Notes under the pieces: model-generated
Databases searched by the model: none
What the model was told of the DNA's origin: nothing
Seen by the model: the letters and a program-made list of their open reading frames with translations, nothing else
Shown: positions 19,674-29,666 of the stretch, piece after piece
How the letters are laid out: each line of letters opens with the position of its first letter
Position numbering within the stretch: position 1 is the stretch's first letter
Position numbers and translations under genes: made by a program
Assembly (NCBI GenBank): GCA_021791695.1
Contig: JAJYWC010000005.1
Location: 696-64,695, forward strand
Source: an archaeon
Lineage (GTDB): Archaea; Thermoproteota; Nitrososphaeria; Nitrososphaerales; Gagatemarchaeaceae
Direction of reading: 5' to 3'
DNA length: 64,000 nt

Positions 19674-20876
19674 CTAGACTGAGGATACCGCTTCCTTGAC
19701 CCGCTGGACGATGATGCTTACGTCTTCGTCCGAAAGGTTGAACGGGTTGACCTGGAGCGTCATCTCTTCGAGCCGGCCGTCGTCGAGATACACGGGAGGG
19801 TCCTTTGACTTTAGGTACCTGTCTATCCTGGTCATGTAGTCCTGCCCGCGGGCCCTTGTGAAGAACACTCTCGCGAGCGGGATGCTCCCCGAGGGAGACG
19901 CCGCGAGAACTGCCTCGACGCCCTCCACACCCTTCAGGCCCTCGACCACCGCCCGGGCCTTCGTCTCGAGCTTGCTCCTCTCCTGTTCTTCATCGGCGTT
20001 GGCGAAGAGCTCGAGCGCGGTCAGGAGTCCGACTATCTCCTCCTTCCCAGCCTTGAACCCCCTGCCTATTCCGTGCCTCGGGATTCCCCTGAGCCTCGAT
20101 TTGTCGATCAGGCTCGGTGGCGGGTTCCAGAGCTCGAACCTGCAGTCCATGTCCAACTGCTGAAGGACTGCGCCCATGACGAGCTCTCTCGTCCCGCAGA
20201 GGATCCCGGATGCCTGGGGACCCCTGAGGGCCTTCCCGCCGCTGAAGGTCACCGCGCTCGCGCCCTGCGCGATGAAACTCCGCAGGTTCGAAGCGGGAGG
20301 GAGCTCCGCGGCGGCGTCGACTATCACCGGGACGTCGTGGTCCTTCGCGACCTTGATGACCTCCGAGAGTGCCGGTGTGCTCGTCGGCCTGGCGAAGTAG
20401 GCGATGGCGGCTGTCCTCTCCGTGATGGCCGCCTCGTACTCCCAGCCCTCGACGGTCCGCGAGCCTACCCCCAGACCGCGTTCGTTGAGCCCGGCCTCAA
20501 CCAGCTTCACCCCCGCCGCGCGGATCGCGTGGTCGTAGGGGTTGCGATGGTGCCTGGCGATGACCACCTCGTTCTTCACCCCCGAGGTTTCGGGGAGTTT
20601 CTCCATCTTGACGATGTCCAGGCCGGTGACGCAGGACGCCGTCGCGAGGGTCAGGCCCGCGGCCGCCCCGGTCGTGACCAGTCCAGCCTCGGCGCCTGTG
20701 TACCTGGCGATGGTGTCGCTCGCGTTCGCCTGCAGGTGTTCCATGTCTACAAGGCTCCGCGAAGCCTCGGCCATCGCCTCGACCACCTGGGGCGGCATGA
20801 TAGAACCCGAGAGCCTCGTCTTCGGGCCCGCGGCGCTGACAATCCTCCTTACCCCTCGCCTCTCGTATACGTTCAA
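19674..20876 (-). CDS. SelA-like PLP-dependent enzyme (DgaE-like ammonia-lyase family)
   Basis: TRLSGS, TTGAAAG, IVDAAAE, FSGGKALRGPQASG, GIGRGFKAGKEEIVG; likely TTG start at 20876. Confidence 0.85.
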   Translation of the reverse strand: MNVYERRGVRRIVSAAGPKTRLSGSIMPPQVVEAMAEASRSLVDMEHLQANASDTIARYTGAEAGLVTTGAAAGLTLATASCVTGLDIVKMEKLPETSGVKNEVVIARHHRNPYDHAIRAAGVKLVEAGLNERGLGVGSRTVEGWEYEAAITERTAAIAYFARPTSTPALSEVIKVAKDHDVPVIVDAAAELPPASNLRSFIAQGASAVTFSGGKALRGPQASGILCGTRELVMGAVLQQLDMDCRFELWNPPPSLIDKSRLRGIPRHGIGRGFKAGKEEIVGLLTALELFANADEEQERSKLETKARAVVEGLKGVEGVEAVLAASPSGSIPLARVFFTRARGQDYMTRIDRYLKSKDPPVYLDDGRLEEMTLQVNPFNLSDEDVSIIVQRVKEAVSSV

Positions 20877-20980
20877 ACCGGCGGCAGAACGGGCGCTCGG
20901 GATGATAAGTGTGCCTGCCCGGCGCGGGCGCACCGCACAATACTTTTAAGAGGAGTTTGGGGCTGCGAGACCCGGATTTC

Positions 20981-22225
20981 TTGGCGAAGAAGAGCAAGCT
21001 TGCTGCCGAAGGCGGTAACCCTGTGAGGAGCGGACCTATTCCGATAATGCACCCGGGAGCCGGATACATAGGAAAGGAGGAGATCGACGCGGTTACCGAG
21101 GTCCTCAAGGCCAAGTCGATGTACCGCTTCTACGGGCCGCATTTCCTCAACATCACGGGACAGTTCGAGAAGGAGCTGACCCGGTACTTCGGGAAGAAGA
21201 ACGCACTCGCGGTCTCCTCGGGCACGGCGGCACTGCACACGGCGCTGGTCGGGCTTGGCGTCGGGCAGGGAGACGAGGTAATCATACCGACCTACGCCTG
21301 GGTGTCGTGCCCCGACGCGGTCGTCGCTGCCAGAGGCACGCCGGTGCTGGCGAACGTCGATGACAGCCTCACTCTAGACCCCTCGGACGTGGAGAGCAAG
21401 ATCACGAGCCGGACGAAGGCGATCATGGCCGTGCACATCAGGGGCACACCGTGCAACCTCGACGCGCTCTCCAAGATAGCCGACGACTATGGAATAGCGC
21501 TACTGGAGGATGTGGCGCAGGCGTTCGGCGGCAGCTATCACGGCAGGAAGCTGGGGACCTACGGGAAGGTGGCGTCTCTCAGTTTCCAGCTGAACAAGAT
21601 GATATCGGCGGGTGAAGGCGGGGCGATCATTACCGACGACAGGCAGATCTACGAGCGCTGCGTCATGTTCCACGACGTGGGCACCCCCTACAGGTCGTGG
21701 GAGGACAAGAGCCTGAAGTTCGAGGCGGAGCCGTTCCCGGGAGTCAACTACAGGATGAACGAGGTCTCGGCGGCTATCCTGCGCGAGCAGATGAAGAAGG
21801 TCGACTGGATCATCAAGGACATCAAGAGGAACAAGGCCCGCGTAAAGAAGGGCATATCCGACATCGACGGGATCACTTTCAGAAGGCTCAACGACCCAGC
21901 CGGAGAGGCCGGCATCTCGCTCGTCTTCTTCACGAAGACCCCCGAACAGGCGATCAAGTTCAAGAAGGACCTGCGGGCCGAGAACATCTGGACGACGAGC
22001 GGCTCCTACCCTGCGGTGGTCTACGACCCCATGACCAACGACGGTCACGTATTCATGCACTGGAGCCAGGTCTTCAAGGGGATAGACCGCGTCAAGAAGA
22101 GGTACTCCCAGAGCATAGACCTGATGAGCAGGGCGGTGCATCTTGACATTAGCCCTCTTCTCACCGAGAAGGACATCGACGACATAGTCGAGGCCGTGCA
22201 CAAGGTCGCCGCGGCCGTCCTCTAG
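20981..22225 (+). CDS. DegT/DnrJ/EryC1/StrS sugar/cyclitol aminotransferase
   Basis: SSGTAAL, GDEVI, EDVAQ, SFQLNK..AGEGG, GVNYRM; likely TTG start at 20981. Confidence 0.9.
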   Translation: MAKKSKLAAEGGNPVRSGPIPIMHPGAGYIGKEEIDAVTEVLKAKSMYRFYGPHFLNITGQFEKELTRYFGKKNALAVSSGTAALHTALVGLGVGQGDEVIIPTYAWVSCPDAVVAARGTPVLANVDDSLTLDPSDVESKITSRTKAIMAVHIRGTPCNLDALSKIADDYGIALLEDVAQAFGGSYHGRKLGTYGKVASLSFQLNKMISAGEGGAIITDDRQIYERCVMFHDVGTPYRSWEDKSLKFEAEPFPGVNYRMNEVSAAILREQMKKVDWIIKDIKRNKARVKKGISDIDGITFRRLNDPAGEAGISLVFFTKTPEQAIKFKKDLRAENIWTTSGSYPAVVYDPMTNDGHVFMHWSQVFKGIDRVKKRYSQSIDLMSRAVHLDISPLLTEKDIDDIVEAVHKVAAAVL

Positions 22226-22250
22226 CCCGGATAGCCTTCGACGCGACCAA

Positions 22251-22258
22251 TTATATAA
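22251..22258 (+). promoter_or_regulatory. TATA box of the TPP-enzyme gene
   Basis: TTATATAA 22 nt before ATG 22281. Confidence 0.6.
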
Positions 22259-22280
22259 CGCGAGAGGCCGAGCGTGGCTG

Positions 22281-24020
22281 ATGGCGCGTAATCGCAACGG
22301 CGCTGAGTTCACGGTCGAGTTTTTCAGGAAGGCCGGCGTGAGACATTTCTTCGGCATCCCGGGCCATGGCAACATATCCGTCTTCGACGCGGTAAAGGAG
22401 TCGGAGTCCATCCGGCTCATCCCCCCGAAGCACGAGCAGTGGGGAGGCCATATGGCCGACGGCTACTTCAGGGCTAACAGGAGGGTACCTGCTCTCGTCA
22501 GCACGTCGGTCGGCCCGGGCGCGACGAACCTCGCCACCGCGCTCGCGACAGCGTACGTCGACTCCTCGACCTTCATAGCGATCACCGGCGACGTGCAGAC
22601 CTACCTCTTCGGGATGGGCATATTCCAGGAGATAGACAGGAAGAACTGGGTGGACTACGTAAACGGAATCGGGCATTTCGCCAAGAGGACGTGGCAGATC
22701 ACCAACACCGCGCAGCTGCCGAGGGTGCTCCCGAATGCCTTCAAGCAGGCGGTCTCGGGGAGGCCCGGACCTGTGGTCCTCGACCTGCCGATGGACATCC
22801 AGGTCGAGAAGGTCGCAGGCGCGGTTCCCGACGCCAACCGTTACCTGCCCGCCGGGCGGGTGTACCCGGACAGGTCCGAGGTCATCAGGGCGGCCAAGCT
22901 TTTGCTCATGGCGGAGAGACCCCTGATACTGATAGGAGGAGGAGTCACCATGTCAGGCGCGACGGAGCAGCTGACGTCGGTAGCAGAATTCATCGGTGCG
23001 CCAGTCGTTGCCTCGTTCAGGGGCGACGCCAAGGGGGGCTTTTCATCCGAACACGAGCTGTGGGGCTTCCATCCTGGCAATGTGGGCAGCTCGGTCTCGA
23101 ACAAGCTCACCAGAGAGGCGGACGTGCTCCTGGCGATCGGGACCACGTTCAGCGACGAGACGACCAGCTCCTACAGGGACGGGACGACCTTCAGCATCCC
23201 GCCGACCAAAGTGATACAGGTCGACATCGACCCGGCCGAGATAGCGAAGAACTATCCGGTCGAGGTCGGCATTGTCTCGGACGCGAGGGCCGCCCTCGAA
23301 GTGCTCGCCGATGTGCTCTCGCAGCTCAGCCAGAAGAGAGACTACAGGAAGAGCGCATGGTTTTCGCGCCTAAAGGAACTGAAGGAGGAATGGAACGGGG
23401 AGCTGAAGAAGCTCTGGGCCGGCGCTCCGATGGGGATTCCGAGCGTCGTGAAGATGATGGGCGACGTTCTCCCGAAGGAGAGCGTAATCTCTGTAAGCGC
23501 GGGGCTGCCGCAGGAGATACTCTCGCAGCAGTGGATGAGCACCCTTCCGGGGACGTACCTCAGCTCCGGCGGTTACTCTACGATGGGATTTGCTCTCCCC
23601 GCAGCCATGGGTGCAAAGCTCGCCAAGCCCGGCAGCACGGTCGTCGCCGTCGAGGGAGACGGATCTTTCCTCATGAACAACGTCGAGCTCTCGACCGCCG
23701 TCGAGTGCAGGATCCCTGTCGTCGTAGTCATACTGAACAACTACGGCTGGGTCTCGATCAGGGACCTCCAGATACGCGGCCTCAAGAGAAGGACCTTCGG
23801 GACGGAGTTCAAGAAGCTCGCGGACTTTGAGAAGGTCGTGACGGCGTACGGGGCTGACTACCGCAGGGCCGAGGACCCATCATCATTCCGTCGGGCGCTG
23901 AGAGAGGCGGTCAAATCCCGCTCGGTCTCGGTGGTCGACACCATCGTCGACAGACGCTTCCCCAAGAGTGGCACCAGCTCGTACGGATACTGGGACATAC
24001 CCACTCCCTACAGGGATTGA
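22281..24020 (+). CDS. Thiamine-diphosphate-dependent enzyme, IolD/acetolactate-synthase-like
   Basis: FGIPGHGN (IolD-type GHGN), HEQ, SVGPGATN, GDGSF..NN. Confidence 0.85.
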   Translation: MARNRNGAEFTVEFFRKAGVRHFFGIPGHGNISVFDAVKESESIRLIPPKHEQWGGHMADGYFRANRRVPALVSTSVGPGATNLATALATAYVDSSTFIAITGDVQTYLFGMGIFQEIDRKNWVDYVNGIGHFAKRTWQITNTAQLPRVLPNAFKQAVSGRPGPVVLDLPMDIQVEKVAGAVPDANRYLPAGRVYPDRSEVIRAAKLLLMAERPLILIGGGVTMSGATEQLTSVAEFIGAPVVASFRGDAKGGFSSEHELWGFHPGNVGSSVSNKLTREADVLLAIGTTFSDETTSSYRDGTTFSIPPTKVIQVDIDPAEIAKNYPVEVGIVSDARAALEVLADVLSQLSQKRDYRKSAWFSRLKELKEEWNGELKKLWAGAPMGIPSVVKMMGDVLPKESVISVSAGLPQEILSQQWMSTLPGTYLSSGGYSTMGFALPAAMGAKLAKPGSTVVAVEGDGSFLMNNVELSTAVECRIPVVVVILNNYGWVSIRDLQIRGLKRRTFGTEFKKLADFEKVVTAYGADYRRAEDPSSFRRALREAVKSRSVSVVDTIVDRRFPKSGTSSYGYWDIPTPYRD

Positions 24021-24021
24021 G

Positions 24022-25041
24022 ATGACCAAGACAATCGGGGTCGGAGTAGTCGGGATCGGCGCGATCGGAAAGCTCCACGCGGAGAACTACGTCTCCAAGG
24101 TTCCGGGTGCCCGCCTCGCCGGAATAGCTGACGTCAACCTTCCCGCGGCGAACGAGCTGGCGTCCAGGCTGGGCGTGAGCGCGGTCTATGCGGACTATCA
24201 CCAGCTACTGAACGACCCCTCAGTAGACGCGATAGTGGTTGCGACCCCTCCCTTCCTCAAGAAGGACATCACCCTGGCCGCAGCCGACAGGCACAAGCAC
24301 GTCTTCTGCGAGAAACCGATGACGCTATCGCTGAAGGAGGCCGATGAGATGATATCGGCGGTGAGGCGGTCCGGAATCGCCTTCCAGGTCGGGTACCAGA
24401 AGCGGTCCGATGTCTCGTTCATGCGGGCGAAGAGCGAGATCGCAGAGGGGAGGGTCGGAAAGATCCTGCTGATCAGGGCGCACAACAGGGACCCACCCAC
24501 GACGGTGGCCGGGTGGTCCGCCGACCCCAAGAGGAGCGGCTCGGTCTTCCTCGACACCTGCAGCCATGACTTCGACGCCCTCCGCTATCTGAGCGGCAGC
24601 GAGGTGACTCGCGTCTCGGCCGACGGCAACGCCATGATGTACGAGGAGCTCAGGAAGAACGGCGATTACGATACGGTCGTCGTGAACCTCCGGCTGGCGA
24701 GCGGGGCGATGGCACAGGTCGACGCTTGCGGCTACACCCCATACGGCTTCGACTCGGGGTCGGAGGTGGTCGGCACGGGAGGAGGGATAATCATCGGGAT
24801 GGGCGAGAAGACCTTCACGCACCTTTACGGGAAGGAAGGGATGAGCAACGAGAGGCACGATTACTGGGGCTCGCGGTGGGCGCAGGCCTACCGAGACGAG
24901 ATGGCCGCTTTCGTCAGCTGCATCAACGAGGGGGGAGTCCCGCGGGCGACCATCCAGGACGGAAGGGCGGCGATGGAGATAGGCCTAGCAGCCTGGAACT
25001 CGGTAAAGTCGGGGGCGCCCGTAGGCCTGCCTCTTTCCTAG
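24022..25041 (+). CDS. Gfo/Idh/MocA oxidoreductase, inositol 2-dehydrogenase (IolG)-like
   Basis: GIGAIG, CEKP, RDP, DTCSHDFD, YGFD, DGRAA; ATG at 24022. Confidence 0.85.
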   Translation: MTKTIGVGVVGIGAIGKLHAENYVSKVPGARLAGIADVNLPAANELASRLGVSAVYADYHQLLNDPSVDAIVVATPPFLKKDITLAAADRHKHVFCEKPMTLSLKEADEMISAVRRSGIAFQVGYQKRSDVSFMRAKSEIAEGRVGKILLIRAHNRDPPTTVAGWSADPKRSGSVFLDTCSHDFDALRYLSGSEVTRVSADGNAMMYEELRKNGDYDTVVVNLRLASGAMAQVDACGYTPYGFDSGSEVVGTGGGIIIGMGEKTFTHLYGKEGMSNERHDYWGSRWAQAYRDEMAAFVSCINEGGVPRATIQDGRAAMEIGLAAWNSVKSGAPVGLPLS

Positions 25042-26195
25042 GACTTCATCCGGCCCACGACGACCTTCATGGAATCCGTGCCCATCGAGGTCTCCATCGC
25101 CTCGGTCGCATCCTCCTGACCGAAGACGTGCGTGACCATCTTCTGGAATGGGATGATCGACGCGTAAGCGTCCATCATCTTGAGGGCCCTGCCGTACGCC
25201 TGGTAGGGCATCCCTGATACGCCGATTATACGGGCGTTCTTCGCCAGTATCTGTCTCGAGGCGGAGATCTTCGTGGGCTCCTTCTCCGAGTAGGCTCCCT
25301 CCACGAGGTATGTCCCGCCGTTGCGCATCATGTCCAGCCCCTCGGAGAGGATGTGCGGGAATCCGGTACACTCCACGACCACGTCCGCTCCTATCCCTCC
25401 GGTCCTCGAAAGGACGTCCTCGACCCTGTCCCTCTCCTCTGTCTCCTCCTCTATGTTGATGGTCTCGGCGCCGCAGAGCGCCTTGGCCATCTCCAGGCGG
25501 TAGCTAGACCTGTCTATCGCGATTATCTTCGAGGCTCCCAACATCCTGGCCATCAGGGCGTTGCACATCCCGAGCGGACCCACGCCCTGGACGACCACCG
25601 TGTCGGCTGGCGCATACCCCTCCTTGGCGTTGGGGTACTGGAAGGCTCTCCCGAACGAGCCGTAGGCGACCGCCATCTGCTCCGTGAGCGCGGCCGTCTC
25701 GTTGGACATGCGCTCCGGGACCCTGAACATGTAGGTCCCGGGTAAGACGAACATCTTCTCGGCGAACCCTCCGAACAGGTGCGGCGGGTCCTTCGAGCTC
25801 ATCACGTCGCCGTAGCTCCTGTGGTTGAGGCACCACGGGAATCCGTAGATGTTCTTGCAGTAGTAGCACTGTCCGCAGACGATGTCTGCTGAGATGACCA
25901 CCCTCTCACCCACCTCGAGCGGCTCGCCTTCGGTCGCCATCTCAACGGCCGCTATCGAGCCGACGTCCTCTATCACGCCCACGTTCTCGTGCCCCAGGAT
26001 TATCGGGAGCTTCACGACGTCCCCGGGAAGGCCCAGGCGTATCTCTCCGGCCTTGAAGACGTGCTTGTCCGTCCCGCACACCGCAGAGCCTACCATCCTG
26101 ACCAGGGCCTCCCTCTCCCCCACCTTGGGAGTGGGGAACCTCTCGATTCTGATCTTCTTGGGAGCATACAGGACCGGCGCGATCACTTTGTCCAA
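25038..26195 (-). CDS. Zn-dependent alcohol/polyol dehydrogenase
   Basis: CGTD, GHE, CGQCYYC, PPHLFGGFAE, GVGPLG. Confidence 0.9.
   Translation of the reverse strand: MDKVIAPVLYAPKKIRIERFPTPKVGEREALVRMVGSAVCGTDKHVFKAGEIRLGLPGDVVKLPIILGHENVGVIEDVGSIAAVEMATEGEPLEVGERVVISADIVCGQCYYCKNIYGFPWCLNHRSYGDVMSSKDPPHLFGGFAEKMFVLPGTYMFRVPERMSNETAALTEQMAVAYGSFGRAFQYPNAKEGYAPADTVVVQGVGPLGMCNALMARMLGASKIIAIDRSSYRLEMAKALCGAETINIEEETEERDRVEDVLSRTGGIGADVVVECTGFPHILSEGLDMMRNGGTYLVEGAYSEKEPTKISASRQILAKNARIIGVSGMPYQAYGRALKMMDAYASIIPFQKMVTHVFGQEDATEAMETSMGTDSMKVVVGRMKS
25749..25796 (-). repeat. 48-bp inverted repeat, copy 1 (partner 27853-27900)
   Basis: Reverse complement tcgaaggacccgccgcacctgttcggagggttcgccgagaagatgttc; 2 mismatches to the partner, 33 bp perfect. 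Confidence 0.8.
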
Positions 26196-26283
26196 AGCAC
26201 CGCGGCCGCGGGCCGTCGACTAAAGAACCTTAGCCGGGCTGGGGCGACGAATCCTTTTATCGCCTTCGGCGAGAAGCGGGTCC

Positions 26284-27432
26284 ATGCCCAAGGAAATCGG
26301 CGTCGGAGTCCTCGGATACTCGATAGGACGCGTGCACGCCCACGCTTGGAACAACGTCTCTGAAGTCTATCATCCTCTGCCGCTCGTCCCGAAGCTCGTC
26401 GCCCTCTACGGTCGCACCAAATCGGTCGTAGACTTCGAGGCGGAAAAGTACGGCTACGCCCGCACGTACGACGACTGGGAGAAGGTCGTCAAGGACGAGC
26501 AGGTCGAGGTCGTGGACAACTGTCTGCCCGTTAGCCTGCACCCCGAACCGATGATAGCTGCCGCGAAAATGGGCAAGAAGCTCTTCTCGGAGAAGCCGCT
26601 CGCGAGGCGGGCGAAGGACGCGAAGAAGATGCTGGACGCCGCTGAGAAGGCAAAGGTCCCGCACATGGTCGGCTACAACTACCGCTTCATCCCGGCGGTC
26701 ACGGTGGCGAGGCAGATGATCGCCGACGGGACAATAGGGAAGGTCCTCCACTTCAAGGGCTCCTACCTCACCACCAACAGCGGCTACGACAGCCCTGATA
26801 CGACGATGAGGTGGCAGTTCCAGTCGGACGTGTCGGGCTACGGAGCCCTGTCTGACCTGGGCACGCACGCGCTCGACCTTGCAAGGTACCTCGTCGGCGA
26901 GGTCTCGGCGGTCGCGAGCGCGCAGTCCACGTACATCGGCGAGAGGCCCGTTACCGGGAGTCCAGGGAAGAAGGGCAAGGTGGACGTCGACGACCTTACC
27001 GTAGCGGCGATGAAGTTCAAGAACGGCGCCCTCGGTACGCTGGACACCTCCTGGCTGATGCCTGGCAGGATGGACTACCTCACCTTCGAGGTCTACGGGA
27101 GCAAGGGCGCGCTCAGCTACAACCTGGAGCGCATAAACGAGCTGGGCGTCTACCTTACAGAGCAGAACCCGGGCAGCAGCGGGCTGAGGTCGCTCAACGT
27201 CATGACGAAGGAGAGCCCGTACATGAAGCAGTACTGGCCGAACCAGGGTGGAGGGTTCGGATGGGACCATACGTTCGTCAACGAGTTCCATCACTACCTG
27301 TCGTCCATCAACGAGGGCACGCCGATAGGACCTCAGGGCGCGACGTTCCTCGACGGCTACCGCAACTGCCTGATAATGGACGCGATCGCCGAGTCGGCCC
27401 GAAGCCAGAAGTGGGTCCAGGTGCCTCAGTAG
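26284..27432 (+). CDS. Gfo/Idh/MocA oxidoreductase, levoglucosan-dehydrogenase-like subfamily
   Basis: EKPLA, GYNYRFIPAV, GALSDLGTH, VDVDD, FEVYGSKG, ERINEL. Confidence 0.85.
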   Translation: MPKEIGVGVLGYSIGRVHAHAWNNVSEVYHPLPLVPKLVALYGRTKSVVDFEAEKYGYARTYDDWEKVVKDEQVEVVDNCLPVSLHPEPMIAAAKMGKKLFSEKPLARRAKDAKKMLDAAEKAKVPHMVGYNYRFIPAVTVARQMIADGTIGKVLHFKGSYLTTNSGYDSPDTTMRWQFQSDVSGYGALSDLGTHALDLARYLVGEVSAVASAQSTYIGERPVTGSPGKKGKVDVDDLTVAAMKFKNGALGTLDTSWLMPGRMDYLTFEVYGSKGALSYNLERINELGVYLTEQNPGSSGLRSLNVMTKESPYMKQYWPNQGGGFGWDHTFVNEFHHYLSSINEGTPIGPQGATFLDGYRNCLIMDAIAESARSQKWVQVPQ

Positions 27433-28605
27433 ATGGCCTCTGGCGCATCGCCTGGCTCCTCCAAGGTGCGGGCGGCCGTGATGGATGCGCCGGGGTCGAT
27501 GAGGATGGCGGGGTTCCCCGTCCCCGCCGTGGGGGAGGAGACGGCGCTCATCGACGTGGACCTCTGCGGGATCTGCGGCACTGACAAGCACATCTACATG
27601 GACCTGGTCAAGTCTCATCCTCTCGGGATGCCGACCAAGTTCCCCATCATACCGGGGCACGAGATAGTCGGAAGGATTTCGGCCATAGGCCCGAGGGCGG
27701 CCAAGAGGATGAGCCTCACGGGGGGCGACCTGCGCCCGGGAGACAGGGTCGTCCCGGTCATCGACCTGCGCTGCGGCGAGTGCACGGGCTGCAAGATGCA
27801 CCCCGGATGGCCGACATGCGAGAGAGGCGAGACCTACGGGTGGGGCATCACGTCGAAGGACCCCCCCCACCTGTTCGGAGGGTTCGCCGAGAAGATGTTC
27901 TTGCTCCCGCAGACGAAGCTCGCCCGCGTCCCGGACTCGGTCCCGGACGAGGTCGCGGTGTATGCCGAGGTGCTGGCGGTAGGATTCACCTCCGTCGCGC
28001 GCATTTCTCACTCCATGCAGCTGGGAGGGGAAGGTACCTCTTTCGTCGGTGACGTCGTGGTCCAGGGCAGCGGACCTCTGGCGCTCGCGCACGTGATAGC
28101 CGCGAAGGTCGCTGGGGCGCGACGCATAGTGGTGGTCGGCATGCCAGAGTACAGGTTGGAGCTGATGAAGAAGTTCGGGGTCGACCTCGTCATAGACGCA
28201 GGCAAGACCGACAGACACGAGAGGTCCGGCAGGGTGGCGGAGGCGGTGGGGGGAGAGGGAGCCGATGTGGTCTTCGAATGCACGGGCGACCCGGGCGTCG
28301 TCGAGGAGGGTCTTTCGTATCTCAAGCCCTTCGGCTACTACGTCGTGGCCGGAATCTACAGCGACAACGGCATGACCACCACGCTCAACGTGCAGAAGTA
28401 CGTCTCGGGGAGGTACGCCACTGTTGTCGGAAGCGGTGGCCAGACGGAGCAGTCCTACGGTCAGGCGCTGAGGATGATGGAGAGCTTCGCCGGGACGATA
28501 CCGTTCGAGAAGGTCGTGAGCCACCAGTTTCCGCTGGAGAAGCACGCAGAGGCGATGGCTACGGCGATCAGCGAGAAGTCGATGAAGGTCGCCTTCCGGC
28601 CGTAG
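27433..28605 (+). CDS. Zn-dependent alcohol/polyol dehydrogenase (paralogue of 25038-26195)
   Basis: CGTD, GHE, CGECTGC, KDPPHLFGGFAEKMF, GSGPL. Confidence 0.9.
   Translation: MASGASPGSSKVRAAVMDAPGSMRMAGFPVPAVGEETALIDVDLCGICGTDKHIYMDLVKSHPLGMPTKFPIIPGHEIVGRISAIGPRAAKRMSLTGGDLRPGDRVVPVIDLRCGECTGCKMHPGWPTCERGETYGWGITSKDPPHLFGGFAEKMFLLPQTKLARVPDSVPDEVAVYAEVLAVGFTSVARISHSMQLGGEGTSFVGDVVVQGSGPLALAHVIAAKVAGARRIVVVGMPEYRLELMKKFGVDLVIDAGKTDRHERSGRVAEAVGGEGADVVFECTGDPGVVEEGLSYLKPFGYYVVAGIYSDNGMTTTLNVQKYVSGRYATVVGSGGQTEQSYGQALRMMESFAGTIPFEKVVSHQFPLEKHAEAMATAISEKSMKVAFRP
27853..27900 (+). repeat. 48-bp inverted repeat, copy 2 (partner 25749-25796)
   Basis: tcgaaggaccccccccacctgttcggagggttcgccgagaagatgttc. 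Confidence 0.8.
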
Positions 28606-28617
28606 GACGGGATAGCG

Positions 28618-29640
28618 ATGAAAGCAGTAGTCTTCAGAGAGGTCGGGAAGGGGATCTCGGTCGAGGAGATGCCGGCTCCGGCCGTGAGTGGGGAGCACGA
28701 TGTGCTGATACGGGTCAGGGACTGCGGCATCTGCGGGAGCGACCTTGCCATCCTCGAAGGGCGCCATCCCTCGAAGCCCCCGGTCATCCTCGGGCACGAG
28801 CTCTCCGGAGAGGTGGTCGCCGTCGGGAAGAGCGTCATGAGCGTGGCCCCGGAGGACCACGTCGTCGTCGACCCGAACGTGAGCTGCGGGCGCTGCACGC
28901 CGTGCAGGCTCGGGAGGAGGAACATGTGCCTCGACATGGTGGAGCTGGGGATAACTAGGAACGGGGGGTTCGCCGAGCTGATGCTCGCCCCGGAGAACTT
29001 CGTCTACCGGGTGCGTGACAGGCTTTCCTGGAGGGCGGCCGCTCTCATCGAGCCTCTAGCCTGCGTGGTCCACGGCTTCGAGCGGAGCAGAGTGCAACCG
29101 GATGAAACCGCCGTCGTCTACGGAGCGGGGCCGATGGGGCTGCTGTGGGTTACGATGCTCCGCAGGGCGGGGGTCGACAACGTCTTCTCCGTCGACCTCT
29201 CGGAGAAGAGGAGGGAGATGGCCAAGCAGCTGGGCGCTGACGTTACGATAGACCCGACTGAGAACGACCCCGTTGAGCTCGTCCACAGGCTCACGGACGG
29301 TCGCGGCGCCGACGTTGCCGTCGAGATGATAGGGAGGGCGGAGACCGTAGAGAACTCGGTCAGGTCCGTCGGGGCCGGTGGGCGGGTCGTCATAATGGGG
29401 GTCTCGAGGAAGGACGCCCTGTCGCGCATCTCGCCATTCGACGTGATGGCCAAGGAGGTGGAGATAATCGGATCCAACGCCAATGCCTACGGGTTCGTGC
29501 CCTCGATTCGTCTGATCGAGTCGGGGGCGATCCCTGTAGACTTCCTGGTCAGCCACGAGGTCCCGATATCAGAGGCCCAGAGGGCTTTCGACCTCTGCAA
29601 GTCGGGAGAGGGGCTCAAGGTCCTGATAAGACCCGTCTGA
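28618..29640 (+). CDS. Zn-dependent polyol/sorbitol-type dehydrogenase
   Basis: CGSD, GHE, CGRCTPC..C, GGFAE, EPLAC, GAGPMG. Confidence 0.9.
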   Translation: MKAVVFREVGKGISVEEMPAPAVSGEHDVLIRVRDCGICGSDLAILEGRHPSKPPVILGHELSGEVVAVGKSVMSVAPEDHVVVDPNVSCGRCTPCRLGRRNMCLDMVELGITRNGGFAELMLAPENFVYRVRDRLSWRAAALIEPLACVVHGFERSRVQPDETAVVYGAGPMGLLWVTMLRRAGVDNVFSVDLSEKRREMAKQLGADVTIDPTENDPVELVHRLTDGRGADVAVEMIGRAETVENSVRSVGAGGRVVIMGVSRKDALSRISPFDVMAKEVEIIGSNANAYGFVPSIRLIESGAIPVDFLVSHEVPISEAQRAFDLCKSGEGLKVLIRPV

Positions 29641-29666
29641 CCGAACGGCTATAACTCCTGAATTTC

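Noticed and set aside
13474..20876. Selenocysteine readthrough linking the in-frame TGAs to the SelA-like gene
   Set aside because: The TGAs align to Gly rather than Cys, no selB/selC/selD is seen, archaea use SepSecS, and the protein resembles catabolic SelA-like enzymes.
26257..28860. 867-aa minus-strand ORF and other long antisense ORFs (36164-37696, 45308-46615, 59014-60468)
   Set aside because: High-GC antisense shadows of clearly identifiable genes, with no motifs of their own.
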